Positions 50,624-59,024 of a stretch of DNA of 64,000 bases are shown piece by piece. Made by a program: the position numbers and the translations under genes. Source of the stretch: Kiritimatiellia bacterium. Its GTDB lineage: Bacteria; Verrucomicrobiota; Kiritimatiellia; CAIVKH01. A model generated the notes under the pieces. It searched no databases, was not told where the DNA came from, and saw nothing but the letters and a program-made list of their open reading frames with translations. The DNA lies in NCBI GenBank assembly GCA_035327305.1, contig DAOLDL010000004.1:12180-76179 (forward strand), written 5' to 3'. The first letter of the stretch is position 1; the number at the start of each line of letters is the position of its first letter.

Positions 50624-51406
50624 TTATGAAAATCGGTATTCGTCGATCAGGCGTTTTTCGGTTCCACCTTCGCCGATGATCTTGGCGACTACTTCCACAT
50701 AAGGCTGGATGGTGTTGGACTTGAGCTTGTGGCGCAGGAGGTCGTCGACCTGGAATACGCCGGCGGAATTGGCCATATTGACCGTGATGCGCACCGGATG
50801 TTTTTCTCCTTTGTCGATTTTAACACTGTCAATGGCCAACGCCGATACGGAGTGGATATTGACCTGGCCCTGCTTGAAGGGAATACGTGAACGCCCTTCC
50901 GACATGTCGGTCGCGTCGGCAACCTTGAGTGCGCCGGCTTCTATGGTCAGACAACGTTCATCCGCATCGTGGGCGATGATAGCATGCAAGACTTCCGCCA
51001 CCATGATGGTCAATTGAGGATCCTGATAAATTTTGCCAAGCAATTGTCGCGCCTTCGGATAGGCCAACCAAAGACTGTAGCGCTCGTGTTGATCTCGATG
51101 GACGCTGATACCCAGATCGTGCATGCACGCGGCGGTAACCACCACCAACTCACCGTCTTCGGCAGTCATGCCATAATTCTTCACAATGCTTGGTTCCACG
51201 CCGCCTTCAACCAGCAAACGATAAATCCTCAAGGCGGAATTGGCGACGATCCGAATGTGAACTTCGCCGTGATCGCTGATACCGCAACGGTCCACGGCAT
51301 TAATGTTCGCACACTTCCACATTTGGTTTAATTCGACATCGGCTTGAATCGCATCGACCAATTGTTTTAACTTGGCATTATCTTTGACTGGTATGTTGAA
51401 ACTCAT
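50624..51406 (-). CDS. HD-superfamily metal-dependent phosphohydrolase
   Basis: H...HD motif (VTAACMHDLGISV) and downstream His/Asp (HAIIAHDADE). Confidence 0.5.
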   Translation of the reverse strand: MSFNIPVKDNAKLKQLVDAIQADVELNQMWKCANINAVDRCGISDHGEVHIRIVANSALRIYRLLVEGGVEPSIVKNYGMTAEDGELVVVTAACMHDLGISVHRDQHERYSLWLAYPKARQLLGKIYQDPQLTIMVAEVLHAIIAHDADERCLTIEAGALKVADATDMSEGRSRIPFKQGQVNIHSVSALAIDSVKIDKGEKHPVRITVNMANSAGVFQVDDLLRHKLKSNTIQPYVEVVAKIIGEGGTEKRLIDEYRFS

Positions 51407-51451
51407 AATGGTTAAGCATGAAACGGACGCGGGGAGTTGTAAACAAGATAA

Positions 51452-52339
51452 ATGCGGTTAAATAGTCCATCCTATTGGCTGACCGGCCTGATATTGACGT
51501 TGGGACTGATGACCCTTGCCCTCGCCCAGACCAGCCACACGGTCCGCACCGGCGAAACGCTTGATGCCATCGGCAAGCAATACGGGGTTTCCCCATCCGC
51601 CATCGCCCGGGCCAATGAAATTGACAATCCGAACCGGATTCGCACCGGCATGGAGTTGAAAATTCCCGACGGCGCCAACGCTCCGGTTCGTTACGAAGTT
51701 AAACCCGGCGATACGCTGGGGTCGATCGCCGTGGCTCATGGAACCACGACCAAAGCATTGATTGAGGCAAATGAAATATCCCGCCCCGACAGACTCCGGG
51801 TAGGCGACAGCCTGGTAATTCCCTCCGGGGGCAAATCTCCGGTGGTGGCGCGCCATCCACTTCCCGAATCCATGCGGCGCCTGCTGGACGCCACTCCGGT
51901 CACTCCGAACAAATGGCGTTACATCGTGATCCATCACAGCGCAACCGCCAACGGATCCCTGCAAGGAATGGAAATGTACCACCGCCAGAAGCGGCGCATG
52001 GAAAACGGGCTGGCCTATCACTTCGTCATCGGCAACGGACGCGGGATGCCGGACGGCCAAATTGAAATCGGAAATCGGTGGAAGCGTCAGATCAAGGGCG
52101 GGCATCTGGCCAACGACGCCATGAACGAAGTTGCCATCGGCATTTGCCTCATTGGAAATTTCGAGGTTGATCGCCCCACCGAAGCACAAATGCGAAGCCT
52201 GTATGCGCTGGTTTCCTATTTGAACCGGCGTTGCAATATTCCAAAAAGCCGGGTGCAAACCCATCAGCAGATCAACACAAAACCGACGGCATGCCCCGGT
52301 AAACTTTTTCCGTCCCAGACATTTATTCGCAATTTGTAA
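51452..52339 (+). CDS. N-acetylmuramoyl-L-alanine amidase (Amidase_2/AmpD-PGRP type) with two LysM domains
   Basis: Signal peptide. LysM x2 (HTVRTGETLDAIGKQYGVSPSAIARAN; YEVKPGDTLGSIAVAHGTT). Amidase_2 Zn ligands (YHFVIGNG...HLANDAMNEVAIGICLIGNF...TACPG). Confidence 0.8.
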   Translation: MRLNSPSYWLTGLILTLGLMTLALAQTSHTVRTGETLDAIGKQYGVSPSAIARANEIDNPNRIRTGMELKIPDGANAPVRYEVKPGDTLGSIAVAHGTTTKALIEANEISRPDRLRVGDSLVIPSGGKSPVVARHPLPESMRRLLDATPVTPNKWRYIVIHHSATANGSLQGMEMYHRQKRRMENGLAYHFVIGNGRGMPDGQIEIGNRWKRQIKGGHLANDAMNEVAIGICLIGNFEVDRPTEAQMRSLYALVSYLNRRCNIPKSRVQTHQQINTKPTACPGKLFPSQTFIRNL

Positions 52340-52398
52340 AAACGAAAATCGGGCGGTGGAGATTTAACGTCTGTCGCGAACTATCCGGAGGAAAAAGG

Positions 52399-55005
52399 TC
52401 ATGCTTCGGGCGGCGATTCGTAGTCGGCCACGGCTTTCAACATTTCCTGCACGGAAGCGGGTTTGATTCCGAGCCGGCGATTGCGATGACCGATCTTGAA
52501 CGCGATCAGCCATTGCTTAAACAATACAGCATACGCATCCATCAATCCATTGCGGGGATCATAGATGTTGGTGGATTCAGAGGAAACGCCGTTAAGTTCA
52601 ATGGCCTTGAATCCTTTTCCGGCGCGCAAATCATCGAGGGATTCCGCGCGGATGTCAAACCGTCCGAGGTAAAACCCATCGAAGCCCTGGGCAAGCTCAT
52701 CCATCGCACGCTCAAGCTCAATGGTTTTGATCCAACGTCCGTCCTGAAACAAGGAACCCCGGCAATGCGTTCCCAATTCAACCAACTGTATCATTTCATC
52801 CTCAACCGGGACCATATACCGGCGCTCATCCATCTGCCGGAGATAAAACGGTGCCATGGCAACCGCGCGGGGATCTTTCAGCACAAGATGCTCGAGGTCA
52901 TGCTTTCCATTCCCGATCACGATCGGGAATCTCTTCTCCGTAATGGAAAAAATATGGCCGCGTGGTTGCCCGGGCATTCGATAATAGAAAATTCCGAATT
53001 CAAAGCCCGGCACGTATTCCTGAACCAGGGTATCCGGCCGTGGTGTTTCAAAGTATGCACGCAAAGCATTTTCATTCCGGATGACGGCAACACCTGCCCC
53101 CCGTTGGCCGACATCCGGTTTTAACACTACGGGAAATGATAATTGATTCCGGTCAAAAAAATGAATAACTGCGCGTTCCTTTTGTTGCGACGTCAAGTCG
53201 GCCGCAATCAACTCCGTGCGTGCGATCAAATCCCGACGCTCTTTAAACCCATCCAGCATTGCTTTTTTTGATTCGCCGATAAACCCGCCGAGACGAATGG
53301 CCGGATTGGCGGCAGTAAACAATGCGACACTTCGGTACCGAAGACCCAGCAGAAGAATGTAGCCAAGCACCGGGGGATAAATGATCCATTGCGGCCAGTA
53401 TTCCCAGCGCGTCAGGCGCCGCCAGCGCGACAACAGCAAACGGCGGCCCTTGAAACTGAACAATGGAATGACGATTTTGAACAACAGCCACAACAGCAAC
53501 GCCGTGGCGGTGATTGCCGCCAGCGTATATAATTTATAAGTAAACAAGGTCTCAATGATCTGCTGGCCGATTTTCATCGACAGCCATACGAGCAAAGGCG
53601 CCCAAATCAGACCCGCGAATAAAAAGAAAATGAAAAACACCCAGAATTTTGTGTGAAGCATGCCGGCGGTAAAAAATGTGGGAAATCGACTGCCGGGCAC
53701 AAAACGGCTAAGCAAAACCACCACCGGTCCTTTTCGCGCAAACCACTTGGAACTCTCACGAATGGCCGCCTCCTTGATCATCCACTTAAGAGGCGGTTTT
53801 CGAAGCGCCGACTTTCCGAAATGATGGCCGGCCCAGAACAACAACAAGTCGCCCACAAATATTCCGAGAAATGCCCCGCCCGCCGCAGTCCAGTAGTCAA
53901 TCACGCCCTGGGTGGCCAACAAACCCGCGCTGATGCAGGCAAGGTCCTCGCTGATCAGCGTCGCAAGCGCAATCAGCAGAATCATGACCACCATGGCCAC
54001 CCCCACCGCCTTGTCGACATCCGCCGGATTGAACGGTTGCACGGATTTTTCCACACGCGACGGATCGGCATTTTCCCGGACCACGGCACGCCCGCCTTGC
54101 ACAAGCGCGATGAAATCATGAATCAACCCGTTCACTTGCTCCGTTTTTTTGAATGCGATCTTGTGTCCGCCCCGGAGCATGGCCAATTCGCTTTGCGGAA
54201 CCAGGCGTCTTGATTCCTGCGCGGTTCCCGGCGGCACAAGAATATCGTCACGACCGTGGATCAACAACATGGGGCCGGGATAACTTTTAAGGTAATCACG
54301 GTGGGGTCGCAGGTCGGAATCGAAAAAGTTCCGCGCATACGCGGTGTTTAACATCATGGTATCGAGCAGGCCGAAATGCGGAATCAATATGGCCGCGGCG
54401 CCGATGGCGGTAAGTTGCAACCCGTGCAAGGCTCGGTTCAATCCATAAATCCCCAACAACTCGAATTCCTGCACACCAATGGAGGACACCAGCGTCAGCG
54501 ATGCGATTTGATCCGGGGCCTGTTTCTGCAATTCAAGCGCAACGCCCCCGCCCTGGCTGTATGCCACGACATGCGCATTGGAAACCCCCAGAATATTCAT
54601 CAGGCGATGCAGGTAGGCGGCCATTGCGGTAAAGGAATAATCGGGGATCGTACGCGTTGAACGCCCGAACCCCGGAAGTTCCGGCGCAACAACCCGGTAG
54701 CGCCCGCCCATGGATTCCACAAGAAATCGCAGGTCGGACGATCTCATCGGGCTTCCGTGAATCAATACGACGACCGGCGCATCCGAATTTCCCGGCGGAC
54801 GCAGGTCGTGATACACCATTTCCACGCGCCCATCCTGAAAATTCCCCTCCGCAAATTCCGGTAGCGTTACCACCTGGTGATGCAATTGCGGTCGGGCATG
54901 ATGACCCTGTTGATGACGAACCACATTGGAGGCAATCAACAGGAGCGCATAAATCAGCAACTTGTAACGTCGCGGAAGTAGGCGCTTTTTCTTCATGGTT
55001 GTCAT
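52399..55005 (-). CDS. Tri-domain membrane protein: alpha/beta hydrolase - DedA/VTT (SNARE-associated) domain - ATP-grasp ligase
   Basis: N-terminal a/b-hydrolase (VVVLIHGSP...AYSQGGGVALE nucleophile elbow...HGRDD). Central DedA (LISEDLACISAGLLATQGVIDYWTAAGGAFLGIFVGDLLLFWAGHHFG). C-terminal ATP-grasp (VVLKPDVGQRGAGVAVI...AIELNGVSSES). Confidence 0.7.
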   Translation of the reverse strand: MTTMKKKRLLPRRYKLLIYALLLIASNVVRHQQGHHARPQLHHQVVTLPEFAEGNFQDGRVEMVYHDLRPPGNSDAPVVVLIHGSPMRSSDLRFLVESMGGRYRVVAPELPGFGRSTRTIPDYSFTAMAAYLHRLMNILGVSNAHVVAYSQGGGVALELQKQAPDQIASLTLVSSIGVQEFELLGIYGLNRALHGLQLTAIGAAAILIPHFGLLDTMMLNTAYARNFFDSDLRPHRDYLKSYPGPMLLIHGRDDILVPPGTAQESRRLVPQSELAMLRGGHKIAFKKTEQVNGLIHDFIALVQGGRAVVRENADPSRVEKSVQPFNPADVDKAVGVAMVVMILLIALATLISEDLACISAGLLATQGVIDYWTAAGGAFLGIFVGDLLLFWAGHHFGKSALRKPPLKWMIKEAAIRESSKWFARKGPVVVLLSRFVPGSRFPTFFTAGMLHTKFWVFFIFFLFAGLIWAPLLVWLSMKIGQQIIETLFTYKLYTLAAITATALLLWLLFKIVIPLFSFKGRRLLLSRWRRLTRWEYWPQWIIYPPVLGYILLLGLRYRSVALFTAANPAIRLGGFIGESKKAMLDGFKERRDLIARTELIAADLTSQQKERAVIHFFDRNQLSFPVVLKPDVGQRGAGVAVIRNENALRAYFETPRPDTLVQEYVPGFEFGIFYYRMPGQPRGHIFSITEKRFPIVIGNGKHDLEHLVLKDPRAVAMAPFYLRQMDERRYMVPVEDEMIQLVELGTHCRGSLFQDGRWIKTIELERAMDELAQGFDGFYLGRFDIRAESLDDLRAGKGFKAIELNGVSSESTNIYDPRNGLMDAYAVLFKQWLIAFKIGHRNRRLGIKPASVQEMLKAVADYESPPEA

Positions 55006-55024
55006 GCCTGAACCTTACAAAACC

Positions 55025-55810
55025 TCAAGTTACATCAATCGTATATTCACGACATTCTTCCGGCAACTCAACGTCAACGCCGGCGGCATCCTGAAGCGAC
55101 TTGGCCATTTGTTTCAACGCTTCATCCGAATAATGCGGATACAAATGAACCGGCATCATCAAACCCGGACGCGTGTCTTTTACAAATTTCGCCACCGGTC
55201 CGAAGCAGGCGTGCCGTTGATTTTCCGACTCCTGTTCGGCGGCATCTGCGTCGTTTAACCATAGCTCATGCAATAAAACCTTTACGCCACGCACCTGCGA
55301 CGCATTTTCCGGCATGACCACGGTGTCGGTAACGTAGGCCAGCGCGTCGTCGAACTTCAGCCCTACGGATCCTCCCGGATGCTTTTGGGGCCATACCTGG
55401 ACGTCATGTCCGCCGATCCTCACCTTGGCCTGATTGAGCGAATGAATTTGGATGGTGGTTTTATCGAGTAGATAGGAATTAAGCGGCGGTGAAAAATACC
55501 GCCTGATTGCCTCCACCGGGTCGGCCTGGATGTACGGGCACACCGGCGCATGTATGTGAAGCGTTCCCTTCCGCCACGCGGTGAAGGCGTAGTACAATCC
55601 TACACTGTGGTCGACATGATAGTGGGAAAGCAATAAATGAAGTTCGCGATAAGGTTCCAACAAGGCCTGAATCGACGGCTCATGCAGGCGAGCGGCGCCG
55701 GTCCCGGCATCCAGCATAAATGCGGCATCTTCGAATAACACAAGAAAGCAGGAGGTATGCCGTCCGTTGATCGGAAGATAGCCGTTGATACCCAGAGGAA
55801 TCAGTCTCAT
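55025..55810 (-). CDS. MBL-fold metallo-hydrolase
   Basis: HYHVDH metal-binding motif with downstream His/Asp ligands. 4-nt overlap with the panB stop. 20 nt upstream of the tri-domain gene. Confidence 0.75.
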   Translation of the reverse strand: MRLIPLGINGYLPINGRHTSCFLVLFEDAAFMLDAGTGAARLHEPSIQALLEPYRELHLLLSHYHVDHSVGLYYAFTAWRKGTLHIHAPVCPYIQADPVEAIRRYFSPPLNSYLLDKTTIQIHSLNQAKVRIGGHDVQVWPQKHPGGSVGLKFDDALAYVTDTVVMPENASQVRGVKVLLHELWLNDADAAEQESENQRHACFGPVAKFVKDTRPGLMMPVHLYPHYSDEALKQMAKSLQDAAGVDVELPEECREYTIDVT

Positions 55811-56625
55811 GACCGGTCACTTGGGCGGTATGTATATTCATCCGATGGAAATTGCCCGGATTCCACTTCGGCACGATATTCTGAAACAGCCTTGTTGATG
55901 GCTTCACCCAAACGCGCATATTGCTTGGCAAATTTCGGGACATGACCACTGGTCAGTCCAAGTACATCGTGAATGACCAGTACCTGGCCATCGCATTGCG
56001 CTCCGGCTCCGATGCCGATGGTGGGGATTTCGATTGCGGCGGTGATTTGCGCCGCGACATCGGGCGGCATGCCTTCCAATACAACCGCAAATGCACCAGC
56101 TTCGGCAACTGCGTGCGCATCTTCAAGCAGTCGTTGCGCATCACGTTCGGTTTTGCCCTGTACCCGGTAACCACCGGCGGATTTCACGCTTTGCGGAAGA
56201 ATACCAATGTGCCCGAGCACGGGAATTCCGTTGGATGTCAAAGCCTCGATGGTCGGGGCGCGCACCACGCCGCCCTCCAACTTCACCGCATCGGCGCCCG
56301 CCTCCTTCAAACAACGTCCGGCGCTTAACAACGCTTGTTCGAGCGAGGCCTGATACGTCATGAACGGCAGATCGGTTATTACCAGCGCATTTTTCGCGCC
56401 GCGGACAACGGCGGCGGTGTGATGTATAATTTGATCAAGGGTGACCGGCAGGGTGGAGTCGTAACCCAGCATGGTCATGCCCAGGGAGTCGCCGACAAGT
56501 ATACAGGGGATGCCCGCTTCGTCCAAGAGCCGGGAAAAGGTGAAATCACCCGCGGTCAGCATGGCGATTTTTTGTTTGCCTTTCAGCGCCCTGATTCGTG
56601 GCGCAGTCCATTTGATATTTGTCAT
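55807..56625 (-). CDS. panB: 3-methyl-2-oxobutanoate hydroxymethyltransferase
   Basis: KIAMLTAGDFTFSRLLDEAGIPCILVGDSLGMTMLGYDSTLPVTLDQIIHHTAAV is canonical KPHMT. Confidence 0.92.
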   Translation of the reverse strand: MTNIKWTAPRIRALKGKQKIAMLTAGDFTFSRLLDEAGIPCILVGDSLGMTMLGYDSTLPVTLDQIIHHTAAVVRGAKNALVITDLPFMTYQASLEQALLSAGRCLKEAGADAVKLEGGVVRAPTIEALTSNGIPVLGHIGILPQSVKSAGGYRVQGKTERDAQRLLEDAHAVAEAGAFAVVLEGMPPDVAAQITAAIEIPTIGIGAGAQCDGQVLVIHDVLGLTSGHVPKFAKQYARLGEAINKAVSEYRAEVESGQFPSDEYTYRPSDRS

Positions 56626-56648
56626 AGAAAACCTGTCGGTAATGGATG

Positions 56649-57170
56649 TTACCAGATGTCAGGCAATTTGACCACTTCTTCGCCTGCGGGCAGGCCGGCC
56701 AGGAGATCTTCAATGGTCAGATTGGTGGTCGCCAACACCAGTTCAGGCCTCACTTCGGCCAATGGTTGGAGAACGAATCGACGTTTGAGACACTGGGGAT
56801 GAGGCAATTTGAGCGTCGGAGAGTCGATGATCAGCGAGCCGGCGTATAACATATCGATGTCCAAAGGACGCGGCGCGTACTGGTCCTCGGTGCGGCGGCG
56901 ACCGATTCCCGCTTCAATTTTCATCATTTCCTGTTGCATGGAAAGCAAAGGGATCGGACAAAGTATCACCAGCACCGCATTGATGAACTTCAGATGCCGG
57001 TATTCTTCTTTGACGCCAATCGGTTCGGTTTCATACAAACTGCTTTGTTCGAGAAACTCAACGCCGGGCAACGCCAGAACCGAAGCCTTGGCGGCTTTCA
57101 GGTTGGCAATCCGGTCGCCCTGATTGGAGCCAAAACCCAGACCTATTTCCAATATGCGTGTTTCGCTCAC
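56649..57170 (-). CDS. folK: 2-amino-4-hydroxy-6-hydroxymethyldihydropteridine pyrophosphokinase
   Basis: IGLGSNQGDR-type N-terminus and YETEPIG. HPPK length (173 aa). Confidence 0.85.
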   Translation of the reverse strand: MSETRILEIGLGFGSNQGDRIANLKAAKASVLALPGVEFLEQSSLYETEPIGVKEEYRHLKFINAVLVILCPIPLLSMQQEMMKIEAGIGRRRTEDQYAPRPLDIDMLYAGSLIIDSPTLKLPHPQCLKRRFVLQPLAEVRPELVLATTNLTIEDLLAGLPAGEEVVKLPDIW

Positions 57171-57994
57171 AGGCCGAGCACATCCTTCATTGAATAAAGT
57201 CCCGGCTTGCGTCCAACCACCCAGGCGGCGGCCCGCAATGCTCCAATGGCAAACGTATCGCGACTGGTCGCCCGGTGCGAAAATTCAATGCTTTCGCCAT
57301 TGGTGGCGAAGATGACCGTATGATCGCCGACAAAATCGCCGCCGCGCACCGCATGAAATCCGATTTCCCGTTCAGGGCGAATTTCCTTGCTGACGCCTTC
57401 ACGGCCATGCACGGAAACCTCGTCGAGATTCCAATCCAGCCCTTTGGCGACGGCCTTGCCGAGTCCGAGGGCCGTGCCACTCGGCGAATCCTTTTTCAAC
57501 CGGTGGTGACGCTCCACGATTTCCACGTCGTACCCTTTTCCCTTCAAGGCCCGCGCCGCCTCCTCCAGCAACACGAACAACAGGTTGACGCCCAAACTCA
57601 TGTTTGGCGCCATCACCACCGGAATCATTTGCGCCGCTTTTTCCACTTCCGCTTGTTGCTCGGCGGACAAACCGGTGGTTCCCACCACCCAGGCCTTTTT
57701 CCATTCCGCCAGTCGCGCGGCGTTACCGGACGTTCCCTGATGCGATGTGAAATCAATCACGACATCCACCGACGTTGCGGCTTCGGCAAGATCGGTCTTC
57801 AACAAAATTCCCGGCGCCACTTCCTTGTTGCGGTCAGGGTGATCCCACAGATCAATGGCCGTGCCGAGACGAAGCCCCGGCACCGCGCCATCCATCAGAC
57901 ATCGGATGATGGTTTTGCCCATCCTTCCGCCTGCGCCGAGAACAGCCACACCGGCTTCAGCATGTTGTGAATCAGAAGACAAAGTACACCTCAC
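57167..57994 (-). CDS. dapB: 4-hydroxy-tetrahydrodipicolinate reductase
   Basis: VAVLGAGGRMGKTII NAD(P)-binding motif and a DapB C-terminal domain. 4-nt overlap with folK. Confidence 0.9.
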   Translation of the reverse strand: MRCTLSSDSQHAEAGVAVLGAGGRMGKTIIRCLMDGAVPGLRLGTAIDLWDHPDRNKEVAPGILLKTDLAEAATSVDVVIDFTSHQGTSGNAARLAEWKKAWVVGTTGLSAEQQAEVEKAAQMIPVVMAPNMSLGVNLLFVLLEEAARALKGKGYDVEIVERHHRLKKDSPSGTALGLGKAVAKGLDWNLDEVSVHGREGVSKEIRPEREIGFHAVRGGDFVGDHTVIFATNGESIEFSHRATSRDTFAIGALRAAAWVVGRKPGLYSMKDVLGL

Positions 57995-58014
57995 TCCAAT
58001 TAATCGTTATTCAA

Positions 58015-58881
58015 TCAGATAATTCCGGCGGCGGTCAGCGTTTGCTTCAGCCGCGCCTTGAGTGCGTCAGACATCTCGCACAAAGGCAGACGATAAATTT
58101 CCTCGATGCGCCCCATCATTGCGAGCGCCGCCTTGACCGGAACCGGATTGGTTTCGATGAACAAATCCGTGAACACCTTGTAGTACTGGTAATGAATCCG
58201 CCGGGCTTCATCCCAACGTCCGGCCAGCGCCGCCGACACCAGGCGGGACACTTCCGCCGGAATGATATTCGATGCCACACTGATCACACCGACACCGCCC
58301 AACGCCATCATCGGTAACGTGAGCGCGTCATCGCCCGACAAAATTTCAATATCGCACACACTGCGAATCTGGCTGACGCGGTCAGCGCTTCCGCCCGCTT
58401 CCTTGATGGAGACGACATGCGGATGCTTCGATAATTCCGCCACAACATCGACGGGAATATCGCGCCCGGCTCGTCCCGGAACATTATACAGAACCACGGG
58501 AAGACCGAGATCGGCCACCGCGCTGAAATGCCGGATCAACCCTTCGCGGCTGGGCTTGTTATAATAAGGGGTGACTTGCAATGTCGCGTCGGCGCCGGCC
58601 GCCTTCGCATGCCGCGTCAATTCGATCGCCTCGTCCGTGGAATTCGCCCCTGTTCCGGCGATAACCTTGATACGCTTTTTGCAGATATTAACCGCGGCCT
58701 CGATGACACGATTGTGCTCGTCATAATTTAATGTAGGCGACTCGCCTGTCGTGCCGACCGGAACGATGCCGACAACCCCGCCCTCGATCTGGAAATCAAT
58801 CAATTCCCGGAACCGGACCAGATCGACTTTACCGCTTCGATCAAACGGCGTTACAATAGCTGTATATGTACCCTCTAACAT
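58015..58881 (-). CDS. dapA: 4-hydroxy-tetrahydrodipicolinate synthase
   Basis: AIVTPF...VGTTGESPTL and the Schiff-base Lys region. First ATG at ~58881 (MLEGTYTAIVTPF). The track ORF extends to a TTG at 58944. Confidence 0.9.
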   Translation of the reverse strand: MLEGTYTAIVTPFDRSGKVDLVRFRELIDFQIEGGVVGIVPVGTTGESPTLNYDEHNRVIEAAVNICKKRIKVIAGTGANSTDEAIELTRHAKAAGADATLQVTPYYNKPSREGLIRHFSAVADLGLPVVLYNVPGRAGRDIPVDVVAELSKHPHVVSIKEAGGSADRVSQIRSVCDIEILSGDDALTLPMMALGGVGVISVASNIIPAEVSRLVSAALAGRWDEARRIHYQYYKVFTDLFIETNPVPVKAALAMMGRIEEIYRLPLCEMSDALKARLKQTLTAAGII

Positions 58882-58906
58882 GATCTCACCTGTCTCCGTC
58901 AAAACT

Positions 58907-58957
58907 TTCCAATCATTGGAAAAAATGGACACTAACTTTTCCAATCATTGGAAAAAA
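58907..58957. promoter_or_regulatory. Two copies of a 19-bp near-perfect palindrome TTTTCCAATCATTGGAAAA spaced ~32 bp apart (putative operator pair) in the dapA / esterase divergent intergenic region
   Basis: Direct read: ...aaaactttccaatcattggaaaaaatggacactaacttttccaatcattggaaaaaagca... Each copy is its own reverse complement apart from the central ATCAT/ATGAT. Confidence 0.4.
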
Positions 58958-59024
58958 GCATTATTTACAGCATGATTGTGGCAGACCTTGATTTTCAAGG
59001 TATTGCGGGGTATCGATTTCTGCC

